NCBI GenBank assembly: GCA_963716175.1
Contig: OY970296.1
Location: forward strand, 2,720,001 to 2,784,000
Length of the DNA: 64,000 nt
Direction of reading: 5' to 3'
Source: an uncultured Armatimonadetes bacterium
GTDB lineage: Bacteria > Armatimonadota > Hebobacteria > Hebobacterales > Hebobacteraceae
Shown here: positions 21,376 to 31,807 of the stretch, in pieces
Layout: every line of letters begins with the position of its first letter
How positions within the stretch are numbered: position 1 is the first letter of the stretch
Made by a program: the position numbers and the translations under genes
Notes under the pieces: generated by a model
Database searches by the model: none
The model's input: only the letters and a program-made list of their open reading frames with translations
What the model was told of the DNA's origin: nothing

Positions 21376-21662
21376 GCGGGTCCTGCCCGGCTCTCGCGGG
21401 TGGCCGCGAGCAGATCCAGCGCGAGGAAGAGGGAGGCGCCGAGCTGGCCGGCGCAGGCGATTCCGGCCTGAGCCGGTCCGATGCCAAGCAGATCCTCTCC
21501 GCGCAGAGCCAGCCACAACGCCGCGCAGAAGAACGTCGTTGCCAGCAGCGAGATAGCCAGGGCGATGGCGCGGAAACGCAGGCCTCTGCGCAGGCAGGCT
21601 TGCACATAGGGCGGCCAGTTGCCGGCGGGCAAGCGGTGCTTCCGCTTCCGGGGATCCCTCAT
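21372..21662 (-). CDS. Small two-TM hypothetical protein
   Basis: MRDPRKRK start, two hydrophobic segments. Confidence 0.45.
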   Translation of the reverse strand: MRDPRKRKHRLPAGNWPPYVQACLRRGLRFRAIALAISLLATTFFCAALWLALRGEDLLGIGPAQAGIACAGQLGASLFLALDLLAATRESRAGPA

Positions 21663-21690
21663 CGTCGGCGCCACAGGCTCCCGGCCTGTG

Positions 21691-22509
21691 CTAGCTGGCC
21701 GCCAGCTCCCGCACGTACTGCGCGTTCTCCGCCACCTGATCGCGATACTTCGGGAACATCCCCACCACCACCCCGTCGCTGGGCTTAATGCTTCTGAAGG
21801 CGTAGGCAAAGGCCTCCCTGGTCGCCTCGGGGGAGGTGGCGTTGCGGGTGGCGGCCAGAATCTTGAACCCGAGGCACGGCTTCTTGGTCTGCCGGATCAC
21901 CGCGGTCATGGCGTCCGGGTCGCCCGCATGATAGCGGTCCCGGGCGTAGGCATCTTGCTCCGCCGCGGGCGCGGACTTGTACCCGCGGGCGAGGTTGTAG
22001 AAGCAGGTCATGTAGAAATCTGTCTCCCAGCCCTTCTCTTCCGCGTACTCCACCACTTGCGGGATGTGAGTGCCGATGCCGGCCGGGAGGCCGTGGTCCT
22101 GGATCGCCTTCAGGAAGTCTCTCACCTGGTCAATCTTCCCCTCGTGCCAGGAATTGTCCACGTGCGTACCGTGGTGGTAGATGGCGACGGCCCCAAAGGA
22201 GGCGATCTGGTCAATATTGTGGTAGATGTCCCGGAACTCCGAGGCGGTCTGCGCGATCCACTGCATCTTTCCGCCGTTCTCGCGGTGCTCCAGATACATC
22301 CGCATCTGGTGGCGATCCCCTCGCGACTGAACCGTGTTGATCCCATGTTCCCAGCAACTGTCCAGCAGTTGCTGTAGGCGGGGCATGGTGTAGTAGGTGG
22401 TCATGTCCCAGTCCATCTCTCCGCTCACGTGCGAGATGCCGCTCAGCGGATTGCCGCCGCAGATCAGGCGCGTGACCTGCTTGTCTCCGATCTGGATTGT
22501 GGGTAGCAT
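21691..22509 (-). CDS. Aldo/keto-reductase-like hypothetical protein
   Basis: MLPTIQIGDKQVTRLICGGNP, GIGTH, GFKILAA resemble AKR-fold proteins. Confidence 0.6.
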   Translation of the reverse strand: MLPTIQIGDKQVTRLICGGNPLSGISHVSGEMDWDMTTYYTMPRLQQLLDSCWEHGINTVQSRGDRHQMRMYLEHRENGGKMQWIAQTASEFRDIYHNIDQIASFGAVAIYHHGTHVDNSWHEGKIDQVRDFLKAIQDHGLPAGIGTHIPQVVEYAEEKGWETDFYMTCFYNLARGYKSAPAAEQDAYARDRYHAGDPDAMTAVIRQTKKPCLGFKILAATRNATSPEATREAFAYAFRSIKPSDGVVVGMFPKYRDQVAENAQYVRELAAS

Positions 22510-22640
22510 CACTGTCCGCCTCCGGCGAGGTTCTCGAGTGATAGGGCAGGCCCGCATCGAGCCCAGTCGAGGGCTCCTCGGCCGGCCCACTGGTTTCATA
22601 TTCGTTTCCGGTTCTGGTTGTCCTGCCCACGGAGAGCAGG

Positions 22641-23731
22641 CTAGGAGAACCCCTCCATGCTGGTCCTCAACTCCTGCGCGCGCCCAGTCTGGGCGGCGCG
22701 ATAACCGGATTCGATGATGTCTACCACGTGGCGGGCGTGCTGGGCGGTCGCAATCGAAGGCACGCCCTCGCGGACCCAGTCAACGAGCTGCATCATGTCC
22801 TCGAACACGTGCGATTCCTGGATTTCCGTGTGCACTCCCACCACATGCGGCTGGTGATCTCCCTCCTGCCGCATGTCCTCGCCGTTCACCTCCGCGCCGA
22901 TGACCGCGCCCTCGGTCCCGAAGATGCTGGGATGAAAGCCCCGCGTGACGGAGCCCGATACGGTGCCATAGATCACCGCGAACAGTGACTCCCCGAACTC
23001 AGCCGAGATGAACGTGCTGTCGTCCATATCGCACTCGATTGTGCCTCCCCGGAAAGGTCGCTGGGGCAGCACCAATCCCGAGGCCGCGTGCACCCGCTTC
23101 GCCGGGCCCAGCAGGCCGGTCAGGTTATGGAGGCTGTACACCGTGACATCGTAGAGCGGCCCGCCGCCGGGCCTCCTGAAGTACCAGGTGGGGTCAATGT
23201 TGGTGAGGACATCGTCCCCGGTCCGGAACTCCTCCTCTAGGTGGTAGTCTCCCACGGCGGTGCCCGCCATCGCCCACACCAGCCGGCCCAGGGCCCCCTC
23301 GCGGATCCGCTCTCGGATGCGCTGGTTGTAGGGGTGGAGCATCATGCCGGGAGAGGCCACCAGTCGCACCCTTTTCTCTGCCGCCCCGCGATGAGGTGGT
23401 CGCACTCCGCCACCGTGGTCGCCATGGTCTTGTTGAAATGCACGTGCTTGCCGGCCTCGATCGCGGCCAGGCCCTGCTCGTAGTGCAGCCCGATGGGAGA
23501 GCCGATGGTTACTGCATCCACCTCCGGGTCGGCCAGCAAGGCCTCGAAGTCCTGGTGCCATCGCGCTACGCCGAACTTGCGCGCGGCCGCCTCGGCCCGG
23601 CCGGGGAATGCGTCGCAGACTGCCGCCACTCTCACCCTATCCTGCACGTCGGGCTGCGTGAGGTGGCTGAGCGCTCCCCGCATGCCGATGGCGCCGGTTC
23701 CTACGATCCCGATCCCAACTGGCTTGGTCAT
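22641..23731 (-). CDS. Gfo/Idh/MocA oxidoreductase, split by a 1-bp frameshift near 23385
   Basis: GIVGTGAIG and GKHVHFNKTM in one frame; GGGPLYDVTVY in the next. Confidence 0.8.
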
Positions 23732-24639
23732 GATCTCACTCCCGTTCCCTCCCTCCAGGAGGTGTGATGTCGCCAGCCCACAGTCTCGCGGAGCCTGCGG
23801 TTGGAGAACAGGCTGGCATGGCCTGGCATCTCTGCGCACAACGGCAGCAGCTCGGGCTTGAACCTCGCGATCAGCTCGCGGGTTGGCTCCAACGCGCTGG
23901 TGTCATCACCATTGCAGAAGTAAACCCCGTGGGGCTCGATCTCGGTTGCCTTCTCCATCAGCAACCTGTGGGCGGAGGCCAGGTCCTCAGCGCCAACCCA
24001 GGCCCACAGCCAATCGCTCCACGCATCGGTCGGCTTGGCGCTGCGCGCCATCTCGGTGCGATGCGCTGGATCACAGATTCCGGCGGACCGCAGGGCATAG
24101 GTTCTCATGCCATAGGCCCGGGTGTAGCTTGCCAGCAGCTCCTCGCCGACCAGCTTGCTGTAGGAGTAGGAGTCGTGGACATCGGAGCGGTGAGCTTCAT
24201 CCACCGGGAGATACTGAAACGGGAAGGCGGAACCGCGCAGGCGAAAGCCGTGGCCCAAGGCGCAATTGCTACCAGTCATCACAAACAGGCCGATCTCTCT
24301 GGCGAGGGCAGCTTGGAGCAGGTAGTAGGTGCCCATGACGTTGGTCCGCATGGTCTCATCGAACGCGGGGCCCCTCTGCGAGGCCCGCTCGCGGATCCCG
24401 GGATGGTCTGTCGGATAGGGGGTGGCGGCCAGATGCTGAATGGCCTCGATGCCGCCTGCCGTCGCCCGCAGGCAGTCGTCGAAGCTGGTGATGTCCCCCT
24501 TCACCCAGGGCCAGTGATCGGCGCCGGAGGGCCGAGACCGAGACGTCAGCACCAGATCGTGGCCGGCGGACTCAAGCTCCGCCACCACGAACCCTCCCAG
24601 AAGGCCACTCGCCCCGGTGACCAAGACCTTCATCGCCAT
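23728..24639 (-). CDS. NAD-dependent epimerase/dehydratase (extended SDR)
   Basis: VTGASGLLG, HLAA, YSYSK. Confidence 0.9.
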   Translation of the reverse strand: MAMKVLVTGASGLLGGFVVAELESAGHDLVLTSRSRPSGADHWPWVKGDITSFDDCLRATAGGIEAIQHLAATPYPTDHPGIRERASQRGPAFDETMRTNVMGTYYLLQAALAREIGLFVMTGSNCALGHGFRLRGSAFPFQYLPVDEAHRSDVHDSYSYSKLVGEELLASYTRAYGMRTYALRSAGICDPAHRTEMARSAKPTDAWSDWLWAWVGAEDLASAHRLLMEKATEIEPHGVYFCNGDDTSALEPTRELIARFKPELLPLCAEMPGHASLFSNRRLRETVGWRHHTSWREGTGVRS

Positions 24640-24763
24640 CCTCCGTTCGCTATCTCGCAGTGCGCAGGCGGAATGCTTCCACCAACTCCGCGGGCTCTCC
24701 TCGGTGCGGCGGTGCTGTAGGGCGGGCATGCCTACGCCCGCCGGGGCAGGTCGCAGGCCTGCT

Positions 24764-25996
24764 CTACTGCGCCTTCTTCACCCGCTCCACCGCCTCCAGG
24801 ACTGAGGCGGCAATGTACTCGTTGTCTCCCTCGGGCATGTAGGGGTGTATGGGCACGCAGAAGGTGCGGGACATGACCTCCTCGGAAACTGGAAGCTCTT
24901 GCCCGGGGTTGAGCGTATCGTAGAAGCGGGATTTGTGCAGGGGCTGCCCACCACCCGAGCATTCCACCTTGTACTCCTCTCTGAGCAAGGACCTGAGGCG
25001 GGCCATTCTTTCGCCCGCCCAGCCGCGCGCGGCCTGGATGGGGTAGAGGTAGTAGGTGTGGAAGTAGCCCGGCGGCTCGTAGGGCGGGGTGAGGTCCTCG
25101 CACCCCGCCAGCATCTGCTCGCGGGCCTGGGCGACCTTCCGCCGGCGGGCGATGAAGTCATCGAGCCGGCCCAACTGCACCAGGCCGACGGCGGCCTGCA
25201 CCTTGGTCATCTTGTAGTTGGAGCCCCAGCCGATCCCCTTGAGGTGGACATCGCCCGGGATGGTGTTCCATCCGAACTGCCGTATCCCCCCAAGGCGAGG
25301 CACGATCTCGCCATCGTCAGTGGTGATGGCGCCGCCTTCGCCCAGAGTGGTCATGTTCTTCTGGGTGTGGAAGCTGAAGACGGTCATCCAGCCCTTCTTC
25401 CCGATCTTCGTATCCCGGTCGCCTCCCCCGCAGGCGCGGGCGGCATCCCCGATCACCTTCAGGGGGCCATGCTTCTGATGGGGGTAGCGCCGGGCCAGCT
25501 CCAGCAGCTCGTCCATGGGGGCGGAGAGGCCGAAGTTGTGGACGGGGAAGATGGCGCGAGTGCGAGGCGTGATCTGCTTCTCCACGTCATTCGGGTCGGC
25601 ATTGAGGGTCTTGGGGTCAACCTCGCACCACACCACCTTGCCGCCTGCGCCATAGACGGCATTGGGCGCGGCGCGGAAGTTGACCGCGGGCACGATCACT
25701 TCATCTCCCGGCTCCAGGTCCAGCAGCATCATGGCCATGTCTAGGCCGGTGCCCGCGCCATTTACCGCCAGGCAGTGGCTCGTGCCAACGTATGCGGCGA
25801 ACGCCTGCTCGAGCTGGTCCAGTTCTTCGCACTCGAAGCCGAAGCCTATGGTGGGGTCCATGGAACCGCGAATGGCGCGGACCGCGGCCTCCACTTCCTC
25901 TTCGCCGTAGTAGCCTCCCAGCAGACACTCCGTCTGCCAGGGCTTAGAAGGCCTTCCTCGCTTGAGCGCTTCTTTGCGCTGCTTGGGGTCGATCAT
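24764..25996 (-). CDS. DegT/DnrJ/EryC1/StrS PLP aminotransferase
   Basis: GDEVIVP, DAARA, FSFHTQKNMTTLGEGG, GSNYKM. Confidence 0.93.
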   Translation of the reverse strand: MIDPKQRKEALKRGRPSKPWQTECLLGGYYGEEEVEAAVRAIRGSMDPTIGFGFECEELDQLEQAFAAYVGTSHCLAVNGAGTGLDMAMMLLDLEPGDEVIVPAVNFRAAPNAVYGAGGKVVWCEVDPKTLNADPNDVEKQITPRTRAIFPVHNFGLSAPMDELLELARRYPHQKHGPLKVIGDAARACGGGDRDTKIGKKGWMTVFSFHTQKNMTTLGEGGAITTDDGEIVPRLGGIRQFGWNTIPGDVHLKGIGWGSNYKMTKVQAAVGLVQLGRLDDFIARRRKVAQAREQMLAGCEDLTPPYEPPGYFHTYYLYPIQAARGWAGERMARLRSLLREEYKVECSGGGQPLHKSRFYDTLNPGQELPVSEEVMSRTFCVPIHPYMPEGDNEYIAASVLEAVERVKKAQ

Positions 25997-26050
25997 GGTC
26001 GTGAGATCCTCCTACTGAAGTAAGTGTGGATGGTCTCGATTCGGGAGTGG

Positions 26051-26590
26051 TTACCCGCGCTTGGTCGTGACCAGAGACCGGATCAGGTCCAGGTCCAGCA
26101 CGCCCTTCTGGCCCCAGCCTCGGGTTCCCGCCAAGACCGCCGGCCGGAATCTCTCGTACAGGCCGAAGGCCTGCTCGGCCAGCTCCTTGCGTTGGAGGGA
26201 GGCGGCCAGCTCGTCCATCACCTGGCGCACCGCCTCCAGGTTCTCGCCGAACTTGCTTCTGAGGTAGGCCTCCACCTTGCCGGGGTCAATCGCCTCCGCG
26301 CCCACCACCGCCCTGACTCCGGCCTCCGTCTGCTTTGCCGGCACCGGTCGGCCGCACACCTCGACCCAGAACTCCTCGCCCAGCCCCGCTTTCTTCGGCC
26401 GCTTGCCTTCTAGCGCCTTGGCCGGCGGGAAGATCCCGAGGCTCCGGCCCTTGGTCTGCGCATTGAGCCCCGCCAGCGCTCGGCCCAGGGTGAGGGCGGC
26501 CTCCCAGTCGAACCCCATGCGCGCCGCCACCACTGCGGCCCACAGCGTCAGCACAGGCGCTCTGTTGATGGTTATGGTCTTGTGTGGCAC
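26051..26590 (-). CDS. Hypothetical protein
   Basis: 179-aa ORF with GAGGAGG SD and normal composition. Confidence 0.7.
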   Translation of the reverse strand: MPHKTITINRAPVLTLWAAVVAARMGFDWEAALTLGRALAGLNAQTKGRSLGIFPPAKALEGKRPKKAGLGEEFWVEVCGRPVPAKQTEAGVRAVVGAEAIDPGKVEAYLRSKFGENLEAVRQVMDELAASLQRKELAEQAFGLYERFRPAVLAGTRGWGQKGVLDLDLIRSLVTTKRG

Positions 26591-26664
26591 GTCCCTCCTC
26601 GCTGGGCAATCGGTCGCTCCGGCCGGGGCCGGGCCCTGATCGGAGGCCTACGGCGATTCCCCTA

Positions 26665-28215
26665 CTACAGGTAGCCGAGCGAACGAAGCTTGCGGCGAGT
26701 CTCCTCTGAAAGCTCCGCTCCGGGCGCGCCCGGGGAGGTCACGGTCTTGAAGCCGGGGTCCACGAAGTCCAACGGCAGGTACTTCTGTGTCTTCGCGAAC
26801 TGGACGAAGACCTGGGCGAGCTTGGCCGCCTGCTGGGGCTGCTCGGCGATGACATTGCGGGTCTGCCGAGGGTCGGCGGCGAGGTCGTAGAGCGCTCGCA
26901 TGGTGCCCCCCTGGTAGAGCAAGAGCGCCCAGCGATGATCCCGCACCACGTAGCAGGGCCAGTTGCCGCTGGTCCGGCAGAACACATAGTCATTGATCTT
27001 GCTGGCCTCCCCGGTCATCAGTGCCGTCAGGGATCTGCCCTGCACGGTGCCCGCCGGGGCCGGGATCGCGAGCAGATCCAGGATAGTGGGCAGGACGTCT
27101 ATGGTCTGGGTGAGCGCGCCCACTCGCCCCACGGGCCCGCCGGACCCCGGGAACTTGATCAGGAGCGGGATGTGGATGGCCTCGTCATAGGGGCAGGTGG
27201 CATGCCACTGATAGCGGTGCTCTCCCAGCGCGTCCCCGTGGTCGGCGGTGACGATCAGGAGGGTGTTGTCGTAGACGCCGAGCCCCTTCAAGTAGCTGAT
27301 CAACTCGCCCACGGCCCAGTCCGACCAGCGGAGTTCGGCGTCATAGAGGTTCACCCAGTCCGAGCCGTAGGCCGGCGGGTCCTCATCGTGGAACCGGTCA
27401 TAGACGCGGGTGAAAGCCGGCTCTGTCTGCCAGTAGTCGGGGGCCGGCTTTCCCTTGAACATGTCCTTCAGCTTCTCGGGAGCTTCGTATGGGTTGTGCG
27501 GCGGCAGGAAGTGCACATAGGAGAAGAACCGCGGCTCCCGGTGCAGGTTCGCGCGTATCAGCTCCAGCAGATGCTCTGGGGATCGCCACTGCATCTCCTC
27601 CTGCTTCGAGTGCACCTCTCCCAGAGGGCTGAACAGCACATCGAATCGCGCGCCTAGCCGCAGCACCGGCGCTGTCGCTGGGTTCGAGGTGAACAGAAGG
27701 GTGCGGAACCCGGAGGTTCCCAGCGCCCAGTCTATGGTAAAGGCCTCGGGGTCAACGGGATGCAGGCGCTCGTGCTTATCCCTGGTTCGAGGCACCGCCA
27801 CCCCATCGGTGTCCGGGTATTGGCCTGTGAAAAGGTTGGCGGTGGAGGGCGAGGTTTGAGGATACTGGCAGAAATGTTGGTCGAACACCACCGCTTGGCT
27901 GGCGAGGCGGTCGAAGTTGGGGGTGGTCTCCCGGGGATATCCGTAGGCGCTGAAGTGATCGGCCCGCGCCGCGTCCATGACGCAGATGACGATGTTGGCG
28001 TCCTTGACCAGGCGGCGAAGGCCATCCAGGTCAGCGCGCCGGGTCAGCGAGATGCCAAAGGAGGGAGGCTTCACCGGCTGGCCGGTGGCGGAGGCTGCGC
28101 TGCCTCGGAAGGGGATGGGCTGAGGTTGGCGCCGGCGAACCAGAACGTGCGCGCCCAGCCCGAGCACACCGGCAAGGATCACCAGCGCGAGCGCCCAGCG
28201 AAGGAGTCTCTTCAT
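26665..28215 (-). CDS. Sulfatase/alkaline phosphatase superfamily protein, N-terminally anchored
   Basis: NIVICVMDAARADH, TSPSTANLFTG, PPHNPY, TADHGD, LRSLGYL terminus. Confidence 0.88.
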   Translation of the reverse strand: MKRLLRWALALVILAGVLGLGAHVLVRRRQPQPIPFRGSAASATGQPVKPPSFGISLTRRADLDGLRRLVKDANIVICVMDAARADHFSAYGYPRETTPNFDRLASQAVVFDQHFCQYPQTSPSTANLFTGQYPDTDGVAVPRTRDKHERLHPVDPEAFTIDWALGTSGFRTLLFTSNPATAPVLRLGARFDVLFSPLGEVHSKQEEMQWRSPEHLLELIRANLHREPRFFSYVHFLPPHNPYEAPEKLKDMFKGKPAPDYWQTEPAFTRVYDRFHDEDPPAYGSDWVNLYDAELRWSDWAVGELISYLKGLGVYDNTLLIVTADHGDALGEHRYQWHATCPYDEAIHIPLLIKFPGSGGPVGRVGALTQTIDVLPTILDLLAIPAPAGTVQGRSLTALMTGEASKINDYVFCRTSGNWPCYVVRDHRWALLLYQGGTMRALYDLAADPRQTRNVIAEQPQQAAKLAQVFVQFAKTQKYLPLDFVDPGFKTVTSPGAPGAELSEETRRKLRSLGYL

Positions 28216-28328
28216 CGGCAGGCCCAACACTCCTGTGACCAGTCTACCGTGCCGGGGGCAGCCTGTAAAGGTGTGGCGAGGACGCGTCAGGAGTACCGAC
28301 TCACGAGTTGAGGCGGGGCGCCTTCGCG

Positions 28329-28438
28329 GTCATTCTGAGCTCGCGGCAGCTTCGCGAGCGAAGAATCTGTTCAAGAGGTCCGGGGCCGCCGCGGCGGGCG
28401 CCACTCTGATATGGATTCCTCGCTCCGCTCGGAATGAC
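28329..28438. repeat. GTCATT-type REP doublet (inverted pair)
   Basis: GTCATTCTGAGC...GCGAAGAATCT and GGATTCCTCGCTCCGCTCGGAATGAC form an imperfect inverted repeat. Confidence 0.7.
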
Positions 28439-28498
28439 AGCCTGCAGGAGCGCCTCTGGCCGCGGGCGAACCGGTACCCTGTTAGACAGGAGCCGTAG

Positions 28499-28595
28499 TG
28501 GCTAGGCCCCATGGGCCGCTGGCTAGGCCGGCAGAGCCGGCCGCCATCCCGGCCTTCAGGCCTAGGGACACCCCGGCCCGAACGGGGCCTAGGGG
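28499..28595. repeat. Cluster of TA-bulged hairpin elements (family B; other copies at 43731, 48866, 51709, 58153)
   Basis: Reverse complement of GTCCCTAGGCC-loop-GGCCGGGATGGCGGCC-hairpin-GGCCTAGCCA plus two extra single units. Confidence 0.75.
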
Positions 28596-28611
28596 CTCCT
28601 GCCGCGCACCC

Positions 28612-30229
28612 ATGGAACAGGCATCAGGAGAAGGAGGGCCCGCTCGCGTTCCGGCGCTACTGCTCGCCCTAGAGAAGCGCGGGGCGCTCCGGGCGGTCGG
28701 GTTCTCCCTGGTCGCGCTGCTGGTAGTCACGGTGCTCCGGCTCAGTTACCCCGGCATCCCCGACCCCGACAGCTTCTACCACTTCCGCCACGCCGCGCTG
28801 TATGCGCAAAGGGGTCTGACCATGTCGGCCTTCCCCTGGCTGGTCTACTCCATCATCAGCCAGTTCTCGTCCGATATCGGGTACGGCTTCCATCTGCTGC
28901 TGGTGCCGTTCACGTTCTTGCGTGATCCCATCCTGGGCGTGAAGCTGGGGGCGGTGTTCGAGACCGCCGCGGTGATGATCATCTTCTACGCGGTCATGCG
29001 GCGGCACCGGATAGCGTTTGCCTTCGCCTGGCCCTTGGTGCTGGTTTTTCTCGCGCCCCCCATCGTCTACACCGTGCTGCAGACAAGACCCCAGACCTTG
29101 ACCATGGGCTTCTCGGCCTTGCTCCTGTCCTTCCTGCTGGTGGGGAGCGGCTGGGGCGTATTCCTTGGCAGCTTCTTGATCAGCTTCGTCCATCTGAACA
29201 TCGTGCTGATCGTGCCCATCCTGGTGGTAGTCGCGGCTCTTGCGCAGGGCCTGAGCGAGCGGCGCTGGGAGTGGCGGAAGTGGGTGCTGACCGTGGCCGG
29301 CATCGGCGCCGGGTGGCTGCTGCGGCCCAATCCGCTGGGGGCGGCGCGGCTGGAGTACGTGCAGGTGATCGCGCACGAGCTGGTACGGCGGAACAAGATC
29401 CCGCTGCTGTTCGGGCGGGAGTGGGAACCGGTCTCGGGCTCCGCCCTCGCCTCTTTCTCCTACTTCCTCTTCCTGTGGGGCGCGATCGCCGCCCTCTTCC
29501 TGATGGCACTGGCCATGCGTCGCCACGACCTGACTCCCAGAGATCGCACCTTCCTCTGGAGCAGCTTCTTGCTGTCGCTCATCTTCTTCATCGGAGCTGT
29601 CGCCATCACCAAGCGCGCTGTACCCCTGTGGGCGACCTTCGCGGTGATGTTCGTGGCCCAGGCCTTCACCTGCTTCCTCGACCCGCGCGAAGAGCTCGCG
29701 CCCGTTCGTCAAGGAGGAGACGCGCCTGGTGCTGGCCTTGTGCGCGGCTGCCATCTCCCTGGCGATGGTGTGGGACGGCGTGAAGGAACCCATGATGCGG
29801 GGCAAATGGCCCAGCACTGACCCCTACCGGCTCCAGGCCGCCGCCGACTGGCTGAAGCAGCATGCTCCGGCCGATGCCATCGTGTTCAACGTGAACTGGG
29901 ATGACTTCCCCGAGCTGTTCTTCTGGAATTGGGAGGACCGGTATGTGAGCGGCCTGGACCCCATGTTCCTGTTCGCCTACAACCAGGCGCTGTACTGGAA
30001 AGCGCATCATCTCCAGACCGGGGAGGGCGTGGACCACACCTGGGGAACCATGACCTATCAGGCGGGCCGCGAGGAGGATACCTACACCGCCCTCCGCCAC
30101 GACTTCAGGGCCTCCTACCTGGTGCTGATCCGGCAGCGCAACGGGGGGCTATACGAGTACTTGCGAGATCATCCCGGAGTCACATTGGGCTTTGATGAGG
30201 GGGGCATTGCCGTCTTCGCATTGGGCTGA
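28612..30229 (+). CDS. GT-C fold membrane protein (STT3/ArnT-like), split by a frameshift near 29695
   Basis: DPDSFYHFR after first TM, about 11 TM segments, C-terminal soluble domain with VFNVNWDDFPELFFW. Confidence 0.6.
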
Positions 30230-30876
30230 GAGCCGACGGCCCGGCTGACCCAAGAAGCCGCGATCGCGCTCGCGGCCCTGTCGCCCTTAGGGCCTCGCGC
30301 AGCGCACTGACGACGGGCTGCGCCTGCTCCTGTCTTCAGGATCTCAAGCACGACAGCGCGCTGGCTCCGCTGTTCACGGCCACCGCGCGCCGACACCCCG
30401 TGGACGTGGCCATCCTCTGCCTTAACTCGGGCTCTATCCAGGCCGACGCGGCTGCGCTGCGCCAGGGCGCATGGGGTCCTGGTACAGCCTCATAGCACCC
30501 AGGAGGCGTCTGGCCGCGGGCCGGGGCCGCCATTCCGGAGACGGGACGGGGGATGGCAGAAGCTGGTGCTCCTGCCTAACCGGCAGCCTGGTCTCCCAAA
30601 ACCCGGAGTTTTGTGGAATATGGCGAGCGGCTGAGCCTATTGCGGGAAGGACGAGCGAATAGAGCAGTTCGCGGAGGATGCTTTCGCGCGTCTTCACGAA
30701 GCCCGCCGGAAGCGGGCAGGCCGGCCAAAGCCCGCCAGAGGCGGGCAAGCCTGACGGAGGCATTAGGGAGACTCCTGCATTGCGGCGATAGCCGGATTGC
30801 GGGAAGCTCCGACCGAGGTGGCTTGTGAAGGCTGCTGCGGTCACCCGCCGGGCTACTCTAATGCGGGAGACTCTCT

Positions 30877-31785
30877 ATGGCTATGGCAACCGGCGTCTCC
30901 AGTGGTGCCGCGGGTCTGGCGCCTTACGGCAACGCATCGGTGATCGCATTCGTCAATGAGAAGGGCGGGGTCGCGAAAACCACCTCCTGTGTCAACCTCG
31001 GGGCCGCCCTGGCCGTGCGCGGCCAGCGGGTGTTGTGCGTTGACCTCGATCCCCAGGCCAATGCCACCACGGCCTTTGGGGTGAGCGCGGAACAGGCGAT
31101 ATCGCGGGAGGCCCACTGCCTGCTCACCATGCCCCGGTTCCCCCTGGAGCGGGCGATCGTCTCCACCCAGATCAACGGGCTTGATCTGGTTCCCTCCAGC
31201 GGCCGGCTGGCCGATTGCGACAAGACCCTGGTGATGGAGGTGGGTCGGGAGGGGCGCCTGCGCGCCAAGCTCCGGGATTTCTTCCGCAGCGTGCTCACCG
31301 ACAAGTACGACTTTATTCTAGTGGACTGCCCGCCGTCCCTGGACTTACTGACCATCAACGCCCTCACTGCCGCCACCCATATGATCGTGCCGGTGAACAC
31401 GAAGTTCTATGCCTTGAAGGGGATGGCGCTGCTGGGCGATCTAGTGGCGACGTTGCACGAGCAGATCGGCGCCACCGTGAAGCTGCTCGGCATCCTGGTC
31501 ACCATGTTCGACAAGAAGACCGCGCTGGATATCACCATCTACCGGCTGCTCAAGGAGAAAGTGGAGAGTGAGTTCGGCAATTACCTCTTCACGACCATCA
31601 TCTCCAAGAGCGTGGTGGTGAGCGAGGCCGAGGCCGGGGGCCTGCCCGTGTTGATGCGAGAGCCCGAGTCCCGCGCGGCCTCGGCCTATCATACGCTGGC
31701 CGAGGAGGTTCTCGACCGACTGCGGTTCGATGTTCCCGGGCTGGTGATCCCGTCCGCTGGGCCGGCGATGGCCCGGGTGCACTAG
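30877..31785 (+). CDS. ParA/Soj family ATPase (orphan)
   Basis: NEKGGVAKTT deviant Walker A, VDLDPQANAT, VDCPPSL; no parB adjacent. Confidence 0.92.
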   Translation: MAMATGVSSGAAGLAPYGNASVIAFVNEKGGVAKTTSCVNLGAALAVRGQRVLCVDLDPQANATTAFGVSAEQAISREAHCLLTMPRFPLERAIVSTQINGLDLVPSSGRLADCDKTLVMEVGREGRLRAKLRDFFRSVLTDKYDFILVDCPPSLDLLTINALTAATHMIVPVNTKFYALKGMALLGDLVATLHEQIGATVKLLGILVTMFDKKTALDITIYRLLKEKVESEFGNYLFTTIISKSVVVSEAEAGGLPVLMREPESRAASAYHTLAEEVLDRLRFDVPGLVIPSAGPAMARVH

Positions 31786-31807
31786 GCGCCTCAAGGGAGG
31801 TGGAATC

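Noticed and set aside
10071-30751. CCCGCCAGAGGCGGGCAAG repeats (10071, 10634, 30731) as CRISPR repeats or operators
   Set aside because: Dispersed, with no spacer periodicity and no cas genes; best read as another short palindromic repeat family
30230-30876. 650-bp gap before parA as a parS array or ncRNA
   Set aside because: No parS palindrome or iterated motif; only REP-like hairpins and a possible decayed ORF
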